Of a stretch of DNA of 12,676 bases, positions 1 to 5,647 are shown piece by piece. Origin of the DNA: Fibrobacterota bacterium (GTDB taxonomy: Bacteria > Fibrobacterota > Fibrobacteria > UBA11236); assembly GCA_043753995.1 (NCBI GenBank), contig JAYUVP010000005.1:1-12676 (forward strand), written 5' to 3'. The translations under genes and the position numbers were made by a program. The notes beneath the pieces are model-generated. The model had not been told where the DNA came from. It ran no database searches and saw nothing but the letters and a program-made list of their open reading frames with translations. Within the stretch, counting starts at the first letter, position 1. Each line of letters starts with the position of its first letter.

Positions 1-1
1 C

Positions 2-631
2 AATGCCCGCCACATTCTCGAATCGACCGATTCCTTCATGGTGCACAATGCCGACTTGATACACACCATCGATCTCGTCGAATTGCTCGCGGCCCACCGG
101 GCCTCGGGAAATATCGCCACCCTGGCCGGACTCTTTCGCTCGACGCACAATACTTTGGGTGTGGATCAAAATGGACGCTTGCTCGGCGTGCATGGCTATT
201 CACCGGTGGATTCCCAAAGAGAAATGACGCGCCTCACCTTTGCCGGCATCGCCTTTTACCGCAAAGACTTTTTGAATTATGTGGCCATGGGCCCGCATGA
301 TATCAAGCTCGACTGGCACTCTGCCCTGCAAAACGGCGAAACCATCGGCGTGGTGAATTGCTCTCATGACGCCGACTGGTTTGATTTCGGCACTCCGCAA
401 GGCTTGTGGGAAGCGTCACGATTCGTGATGGATCGCTCCGCGCAATTCAGCTATCAATATCATCCGGTGATGGCCGAGGCGCGGCCTTATGTGAGCAATG
501 AAGCGGGGCAAGAAGGCCTGCCCGATCATTTGCGCAATGTGGTGCTTCTGGAAGAGACGCATCGCCCGGTTTCCGAAAGCACTCACGATTGCATTTTAGG
601 GCGCAATTTCAGGTGGAATATTCAGCCTTAA
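2..631 (+). CDS. Sugar-phosphate nucleotidyltransferase family protein (NTP_transferase, MurU/GDP-mannose pyrophosphorylase-like), 5'-truncated by the window edge
   Basis: The frame is open from position 2 (NARHILESTDSFMVHNADL...), so ATG 38 is probably internal. Family-like motifs: FMVHNAD, LLAAHRASGNIATL, LTFAGIAFY and WFDFGTPQGLWEA (cf. W.D.GTP..Y..A). Stop TAA at 629-631. Confidence 0.8.
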   Translation, partial: NARHILESTDSFMVHNADLIHTIDLVELLAAHRASGNIATLAGLFRSTHNTLGVDQNGRLLGVHGYSPVDSQREMTRLTFAGIAFYRKDFLNYVAMGPHDIKLDWHSALQNGETIGVVNCSHDADWFDFGTPQGLWEASRFVMDRSAQFSYQYHPVMAEARPYVSNEAGQEGLPDHLRNVVLLEETHRPVSESTHDCILGRNFRWNIQP

Positions 632-641
632 AAAAGGCTGA
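622..641. terminator. Perfect 8-bp hairpin between convergent genes (possible bidirectional terminator or pause site)
   Basis: TCAGCCTT-AAAA-AAGGCTGA overlaps the nucleotidyltransferase stop and ends 8 nt before the opposing stop at 650-652. There is no clear U-tract on either strand. Confidence 0.4.
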
Positions 642-649
642 CCAGAGAC

Positions 650-2272
650 TTAGAACGGGGCGTTCACCAGCAATTGAGCCTCGGTGGAATCGCCGACCTC
701 CTGGATGCGGAGCTTGTCATTGTATACCCGGCCCGCCGCGACCATGGGCGAGGCGTACATCCCGAAATGGGCGAAAGCCATCTTGCTTTTATGGCCGGTG
801 ATATCCGCATACTGGACCAGGGTGCCGTTCTGCCAGACCTTCGCCTTTCCCACCGTCGGATCTGTGTCCATATACATATCCAGCCGCACCCATTGGTTCT
901 GGCTGAAGGTCACTGAGCAGTTACCGCCCGGGCAGGTTCCCGGGCCTTGGCCGTGCACGGGAACATGGTAAAGAAGAACTTTGCTGGTTGTATTCAAGTT
1001 GACTCCAACCAAAGGATTCCAGGCAGTATCGGAGGAGAGGGTCGCGAAGCTGAACCAATCGTCGGTGCCGGCCCGGTCCTGCAAGTTCAGGTTTTCAATT
1101 CTCACCCACATGCTGGTAAGCGTTCGCCGCCCCAGGGCCCCGCCCGGAAGCTGGTATATCCGGATATAAGGATAGGCTCGGTGGGCGTGATAGGACGTAT
1201 CGTCGTTGGTGGGTCCCGAAGCGCTATCTACCTGCCCCCAATGCGATTTCCTGCCATGCTTGAAGACGGTGGTGGACGTGTCCTGTGACACCGTGCCTGT
1301 CGGCTCATGGCTGAAATTCCAGGTGCCGACGTCGTTGAAGTCCTCGAATGAAGTCTCGAAGCTCCGATTGGCGGAACCGCGAAAGATGACATTGGCGCTG
1401 CTCACCCCCCATAGCGTCATTCCATGGCAAGCGATATGGGAACCCGTTGCCATTTTCAAGAAATTATTGGTCCCCTGCTTGTAGGCGATGGTATCCCCGC
1501 CCGCAGGGGAATTCTTCAGGGTAATCCAGATCCGGCCATAGATGCCGCTGGCGATTTCCCGGGTCGGAATGCTGTCCACGTAATTCCAGGTGCTGGTGCC
1601 GCTCAAGCTGTCGATCCTGCCAGTGGAGTCGGCCTTGAGCAGCCGTCCGCCTTGGCCGGCGGCGAAAGCCACTGCCCGAGCACCCACGGAATCCCAGGAA
1701 CCGGAGGTGGAAGCCGAGGCGATGTCGCCCGACCACTTGTAGATCTTGCCTTCGCTCTGGCTGCCCCCGCGGACAAGGGCGTAAAGAGTGCCGCTCTCGG
1801 TGATGGCTATGTCGCGCACCGTGTCCGGCGGGTTGGTGGCAGTGGCCGACCAAACCTTGGGGCCTCCTGAGCCCGTCCATTTCATCACCGTATTTCGCTT
1901 GGCCCCCCAGGGGCGGCCACTGGTATCGATACCGAGAGCCGAGGCCGCCGTATCGCCATAATTGACCCAAGAGAGGGAATTGAGATTGGGGACATACTGG
2001 TACACGGTGCCCAGTTTTCCCGAAGCGCTCTTCGCCTTCTTCAGCGTGAAAACGGACCCATCGGCCCCCATGGCCAAATCGAGAATGGTATCCGTTCCCG
2101 CGGCGGTATAGATGGCCGTCCAGTTGAGGCTGACGCCCCAAGACAAAGCTCCATAAGCAAGCTCCGGCTTATCCGATTGTCCGGAGATTTCCGGGCGTAT
2201 GCAATGCTGTAATCCGAAAGCGAGGCCCAGCAGGGCGGCGCTTTCCAGGGTTTTCTTGATCCGGTTTTCCAT
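650..2272 (-). CDS. Secreted protein, possibly a lipoprotein: N-terminal tectonin-like six-repeat beta-propeller plus C-terminal polysaccharide-lyase/ConA-like beta-jelly-roll domain
   Basis: Signal peptide MENRIKK-TLESAALLGLAFGLQH-C. The start is placed at 2272 because AAGGA lies 6 nt upstream, whereas ATG 2278 abuts it. Six repeats: ILDLAMGADGSVFTL, ASALGIDTSGRPWGA, VRDIAITESGTLYAL, AVAFAAGQGGRLLKA, TREIASGIYGRIWIT, GSHIACHGMTLWGVS. The C-terminal domain reads FETSFE...NQWVRLDMYM...GKAKVWQNGTLV...HFGMY...VYNDKLRI. Confidence 0.7.
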   Translation of the reverse strand: MENRIKKTLESAALLGLAFGLQHCIRPEISGQSDKPELAYGALSWGVSLNWTAIYTAAGTDTILDLAMGADGSVFTLKKAKSASGKLGTVYQYVPNLNSLSWVNYGDTAASALGIDTSGRPWGAKRNTVMKWTGSGGPKVWSATATNPPDTVRDIAITESGTLYALVRGGSQSEGKIYKWSGDIASASTSGSWDSVGARAVAFAAGQGGRLLKADSTGRIDSLSGTSTWNYVDSIPTREIASGIYGRIWITLKNSPAGGDTIAYKQGTNNFLKMATGSHIACHGMTLWGVSSANVIFRGSANRSFETSFEDFNDVGTWNFSHEPTGTVSQDTSTTVFKHGRKSHWGQVDSASGPTNDDTSYHAHRAYPYIRIYQLPGGALGRRTLTSMWVRIENLNLQDRAGTDDWFSFATLSSDTAWNPLVGVNLNTTSKVLLYHVPVHGQGPGTCPGGNCSVTFSQNQWVRLDMYMDTDPTVGKAKVWQNGTLVQYADITGHKSKMAFAHFGMYASPMVAAGRVYNDKLRIQEVGDSTEAQLLVNAPF

Positions 2273-2581
2273 ACCCATTCCTTGGTTTGAGAAATGAGAC
2301 GACTTAAATGAATCATTTCATGTCGTCACGGATATGAAATACGTATCTGTCATTGCCGGAGCATTGCCGACTGAAATCGGTATGGATGAAAAGGCATGTC
2401 GGGCCGGTTATCATCCGAAGTCTAGGCCCGTTTCGCAGCTCATTTGGGAGCTGATATCGGAGTATTCAGCGCAAGTGGCGATCAGGTCGGCCACCGAGTG
2501 GTTGCCTTAAAGCGCCAAGGCGGGCATGAGTAAATAAATCCCTGGGCAGTGACACCGTATTTTTGCGCTCGATTTTGAGGC

Positions 2582-2617
2582 AAAAAAAACCAGCCGGCTC
2601 GAAACGAGCCGACTGGT
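2582..2617 (-). terminator. Rho-independent terminator of the small secreted-protein gene
   Basis: The minus strand reads ACCAGTCGGCTCG-TTT-CGAGCCGGCTGGT-TTTTTTT: a 13-bp stem with one U:G pair, then a U-run. It starts 14 nt after the TAA at 2632-2634. Confidence 0.9.
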
Positions 2618-2631
2618 ATTGACGAAATGGA

Positions 2632-2991
2632 TTAACGATCCATGCTCACGCCATAGGCGCGGCGGGTTTCTTGGCGCGAATTCACATCAGCAAGGGGAAA
2701 ATAGACATAGTTCGTATAGAGGTTGGTGTTGTTATTCGGGTGCTGCACAAGAATTTGCACCGTGAAATTCAACTGTTCGGCCAATTGCAGGGTGCTGTAC
2801 ATCTGCAATGCGCCGGGTTCGCTCAAGGGAAAGCTATAAACGGTGTTATCGGCAAGGCGAATTTGGCCCACGGGAGCATTTTGGCCTTGAATGGTTTGCA
2901 CTTGCAAAACCTTGCCCGAACGCCAGCCGGAAGAGGCCATGGCCATGGCCGAAAGTGCGAGAGTGGTGAGCGCCATTTTAATGAAATTCAT
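2632..2991 (-). CDS. Small secreted protein (119 aa), possible OB-fold resembling AB5-toxin B subunits
   Basis: Sec signal MNFIKMALTTLALSAMAMA/SS and a GGAG RBS 5 nt before the ATG. It has its own promoter and terminator. The mature pattern is GKV...IRLADNTVY...MYSTLQLAEQLNFTVQI. The CDS is well supported, but the fold call is tentative. Confidence 0.8.
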   Translation of the reverse strand: MNFIKMALTTLALSAMAMASSGWRSGKVLQVQTIQGQNAPVGQIRLADNTVYSFPLSEPGALQMYSTLQLAEQLNFTVQILVQHPNNNTNLYTNYVYFPLADVNSRQETRRAYGVSMDR

Positions 2992-3043
2992 ACGGACTCC
3001 GAAATTTTTAATTGCCGCGCAAATTGGCGGTAGACATCGTTAA

Positions 3044-3060
3044 TGCAATCGGCATGCCCA
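3044..3060 (-). promoter_or_regulatory. Sigma-54 (RpoN) -24/-12 promoter for the 2632-2991 gene
   Basis: Minus strand TGGGCATGCCGATTGCA versus consensus TGGCACG-N4-TTGCW. GG (3058-3057) and GC (3046-3045) are separated by exactly 10 nt. Predicted +1 is near 3033, about 40 nt before the ATG. Confidence 0.8.
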
Positions 3061-3073
3061 GATTTGACCCTGA

Positions 3074-3087
3074 TTTGAGGCCTCAAA
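3074..3087. promoter_or_regulatory. Perfect 14-bp palindrome between the sigma-54 promoter and the enhancer sites
   Basis: TTTGAGG-CCTCAAA. It overlaps a GATTTGA direct repeat (3061 and 3072, 11-bp period). Function unknown. Confidence 0.35.
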
Positions 3088-3104
3088 AAAGCCAAATGAG
3101 TCGA

Positions 3105-3145
3105 TTCTGTCGCAAGTCTGAGATTTCTGTCGCAAGCTTGCGATA
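3105..3145. promoter_or_regulatory. Tandem palindromic upstream activator sequences (candidate binding sites for the sigma-54 activator)
   Basis: TTCTGTCGCAAG is repeated exactly at 3105-3116 and 3125-3136 (20-bp period). Each copy begins a dyad: TGTCGCA-agtc-TGAGATT (3108-3125) and TGTCGCA-agct-TGCGATA (3128-3145, with perfect core TCGCAAGCTTGCGA). They lie at about -75 to -112 from the predicted sigma-54 start. Confidence 0.7.
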
Positions 3146-3278
3146 AAAGTCAAAGAAAAGTCATTTGCTAAGGAACCCTTGCCCTGCCCTTTCTACTTTT
3201 CTGAAACACCCTGCTAAAGCGATGAGAAACCTTTTTCCACGCTTATTTGCCGTTCGAGAATAACACCGGAGCTTGGAA

Positions 3279-4922
3279 GTGTTGACCCTGTCAGCGCGTT
3301 ACGAAATCATTCGTGAAATCGGCTCCGGGGCCAGCGCCGTCGTTTATTTGGCTCAGGACACTTTATTGCGGCGCCAGGTGGCTCTCAAAAAGCTTCATCC
3401 GCACTTGCTCGACCTAGAAGAATCGCAGCTTCGCTTCGAGAAAGAGGCCGTGGCGGTGGCCTCGCTTTCCCATGAAAATATTGTTCGACTGCACGATGTG
3501 ATCCAAGAAGAGCGTCGCTGGTCCCTGGCTTTGGAATTTATTTCCGGCCCTAGCCTTGAGGCCTTGATTGCCCAAGCGGGGGGAAGCCTGGGTCCGCTGG
3601 CGACGGTAGCCCTGGCCAGGCAGGCTTTGGAAGGCTTGTCCGAGGCCCATCGCAAAGGCGTCATTCACCGCGACATCAAGCCTTCGAATTTGCTGGTGAA
3701 TGAGGAGGGCGTAGTCAAGCTCACCGATTTCGGCATTGCTTTTTTAGCCGATGACGCCAGCGTGACGCGCACGGGATATATTCTCGGCACCCCGCAATTC
3801 ATGTCTCCTGAACAGGCCAGCGGAGAGGCGATCACGGATAAAGCCGATGTTTTTGCTCTCGGCGTGATTGTCTTTCGCTGCCTCTGCGGCCGATTTCCCG
3901 TGGCCGGACGCACGGCCAAAGAAATTTTCATCGCCATGGCTCATGGGCAGATCACGCCGATTCATGCGATACAACCTCGATTGATTCCAGGCATGGGCGA
4001 TTGGGTCATGCGACTTTTATCTGCCAAGCCTCTGTCTCGGCCCTCGGCCTTGGAAGCCCTCAACCAACTCAATCAATTGTTGTCACAAGTGAATTTACAG
4101 GCTGAGAAAAAGGACTTGGCGGCTTATCTCTCTGATGCCAAAGCGGCGAAGGCCGACGAAGAAGCTCGTCTTTCCAGGCATTTTCATGCCCTGGCGGTCT
4201 TGAAGCGGACGGCGGGCCAGGGTGCCATTGCCATTCGCTATGCGGGTTTGGCCCAACTCTTCGAGGTGACCCAGGCTATCGCTGGGTGGAAGGAATCAGT
4301 CGAGCCAGAGATTTGGAAAAAGCCCGAGCCCACCAAGACTTCGCGTCCTCTATTGGGGAGAGTTGCAATCTTAGGATCGGCAATCCTGGCCTTAGGGCTT
4401 TTTGCTGGGTGGCATACCAGCCGGTCGAAGATCGAGAGGGAAAGACATCCGTCGACTGCCAATGCCAGTTCCATCCTCTCCTCGAATCGCATGACGGTTC
4501 CACCTATTTCCATGGCCAATGTCTCGTATTCCCCCTCCCAAGCATTGCAGGAGATGCCTCCCAAGGGCTCCGGCGTAAATAGGGCGGCCAATACGGAAGA
4601 CGGAGAGCGGCCCGAACGCCAAACCCCGGCTTCGATTCAGCCCATCGAAGGTGTCGCAAATCACACCCAGGTCGAATCCCTGGAGCTCATTCCGGCCATA
4701 ATCCCTCCGGCCGCAGCGATGCGCATTCGCACTTTTCCCGCCTTCATGACGGTTTGGTTGGGGGATAGCCTCTGGGGGCAAACCCCGATTACGGCATGGC
4801 GAAATGCGAGTTTCGGAAACCACCGCTTAAGGCTGATCCGCGATGAAAAAACCTATCTCGATACCAACTTGTTTTTAAACCCAGGCGATTCACTCGATAT
4901 GAAATTGCGTTTGAGTCCATAA
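3279..4922 (+). CDS. Membrane Hanks-type Ser/Thr protein kinase with one TM helix and a C-terminal PEGA-like domain
   Basis: Intact motifs: IGSGASAVVY, VALK, FEKEA, HRDIKPSN, DFG, activation loop SVTRTGYILGTPQFMSPEQ, DVFALG. TM segment VAILGSAILALGLFAGW, then a Pro/Ser-rich linker and a PEGA-like tail IRTFP...VWLGDSLWGQTP...GNHRLRL. GTG 3279 is preferred over TTG 3273 because GGAG (3268-3271) is 7 nt upstream. Confidence 0.93.
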   Translation: MLTLSARYEIIREIGSGASAVVYLAQDTLLRRQVALKKLHPHLLDLEESQLRFEKEAVAVASLSHENIVRLHDVIQEERRWSLALEFISGPSLEALIAQAGGSLGPLATVALARQALEGLSEAHRKGVIHRDIKPSNLLVNEEGVVKLTDFGIAFLADDASVTRTGYILGTPQFMSPEQASGEAITDKADVFALGVIVFRCLCGRFPVAGRTAKEIFIAMAHGQITPIHAIQPRLIPGMGDWVMRLLSAKPLSRPSALEALNQLNQLLSQVNLQAEKKDLAAYLSDAKAAKADEEARLSRHFHALAVLKRTAGQGAIAIRYAGLAQLFEVTQAIAGWKESVEPEIWKKPEPTKTSRPLLGRVAILGSAILALGLFAGWHTSRSKIERERHPSTANASSILSSNRMTVPPISMANVSYSPSQALQEMPPKGSGVNRAANTEDGERPERQTPASIQPIEGVANHTQVESLELIPAIIPPAAAMRIRTFPAFMTVWLGDSLWGQTPITAWRNASFGNHRLRLIRDEKTYLDTNLFLNPGDSLDMKLRLSP

Positions 4923-4927
4923 GCAAT

Positions 4928-5641
4928 ATGCCCAATCTCTCCCATTCGCGCTCGCTTCGCGGGAATTTCACTGCGGCACGTGGCTTGCTTTTCTTTTTCC
5001 TCGCTATGACGGGACTCGCTTTTGCCAACCAAGATGCCGATACCCGGATTCACGATTGGTTGGGTTGGGGAGAATTCGACAGCGCCGTGGTCGCCCTGGA
5101 AAAGAGGGTGCAAGATTCCGGCTTATCCCAGAGCCTGGCCGCGACTCAGGCTAAATACTGGAGCTGGCTGGGCATCGCCTTTCATGGTCGCATGCAATCC
5201 CAGGCCGGTGATTCCGCTTTTCGCCGCACCTTGGCGATCAAGGCCGATTATGAGATCGAAGCGAATTTGGTGACCCGGGATTTGGCACGCCGCTTTCATG
5301 ATCTGGCGGAAAGCCAAAAGCAGGCTAACCAATTGCGCGATTCCGTTGTCCTCGCCAAATTGCGCGAGGCCGCCTTGATGCCAAGAACTATTGAGCTAAT
5401 AGACGAGCCAAAAGAAGACGCATTAGCCGAGCAAAAAAACGATCCAAAAGAAGAGCTGGAAAAAGAAGTCGCGCCAAAACCACGTCCATCGCGCAATACC
5501 GCCATTTGGTGGAAGTCGGCCGCGGGTGCCGGCGCAGCTGGAGTTTTGATTGCAGGGGGCATATTCGCTTATCTCACCTTGAATTCCACCTCAGAAAAAG
5601 CTCCCGCCGAGAAAATCTGGGATATTCCCTCACCGAAATAA
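4928..5641 (+). CDS. Exported TPR-like protein with a C-terminal hydrophobic anchor
   Basis: Starts 5 nt after the kinase stop. Signal peptide ...RGLLFFFLAMTGLAFA/NQD, TPR-like helices (YWSWLGIAFHG...GDSAFRRTLAIKADYEI), a charged linker, then WWKSAAGAGAAGVLIAGGIFAYLTL. Confidence 0.75.
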   Translation: MPNLSHSRSLRGNFTAARGLLFFFLAMTGLAFANQDADTRIHDWLGWGEFDSAVVALEKRVQDSGLSQSLAATQAKYWSWLGIAFHGRMQSQAGDSAFRRTLAIKADYEIEANLVTRDLARRFHDLAESQKQANQLRDSVVLAKLREAALMPRTIELIDEPKEDALAEQKNDPKEELEKEVAPKPRPSRNTAIWWKSAAGAGAAGVLIAGGIFAYLTLNSTSEKAPAEKIWDIPSPK

Positions 5642-5647
5642 AGCCAA

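Noticed and set aside
1464..2141. 225-aa alternative-frame ORF and the many other short ORFs overlapping the long genes
   Set aside because: They lie in another frame of, or antisense to, well-supported genes. They are Arg/Gly/Pro-rich with no motifs, as expected for shadow ORFs in GC-rich DNA.
2395..2460. Resemblance of minus-strand GCGAAACGGGCCTAGAC to a c-di-GMP-I riboswitch P2 region
   Set aside because: The GGCAAAC...GAAA...GCAAAG P1 signature is absent.
2281..2580. Second sigma-54 promoter for the lectin/lyase gene
   Set aside because: A manual scan found no consensus-like GG-N10-GC element on the minus strand.
650..2991. The two minus-strand secreted genes as an AB5 holotoxin operon
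   Set aside because: A strong terminator and about 360 nt separate them, and the large protein has no ADP-ribosyltransferase, N-glycosidase or subtilase motifs.
2671..3033. 120-aa + strand ORF opposite the small secreted gene
   Set aside because: The minus-strand ORF has the signal peptide, RBS, promoter and terminator. This one shows no comparable support.
2574..3081. TTTGAGGC on both sides of the small gene (2574 and 3074) as a target-site duplication
   Set aside because: It is only 8 bp, there are no terminal inverted repeats or transposase, and it would split the promoter from its enhancer. Probably chance.
3105..3136. 12-bp direct repeat as a CRISPR remnant or att site
   Set aside because: There are only two copies, 8 nt apart, with no cas or integrase gene. 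Dyad symmetry and position fit enhancer sites better.
3150..3270. Sigma-70 promoter for the kinase operon (TTGCTA 3165, TACTTT 3194)
   Set aside because: The 23-nt spacing is too long, and no convincing -35/-10 pair was found.
3279..4922. Kinase as an anti-phage (Stk2/PglW-like) or type VI secretion (PpkA) kinase
   Set aside because: It has a TM plus PEGA receptor-like architecture, and there are no defence, T6SS or phosphatase genes in the window.
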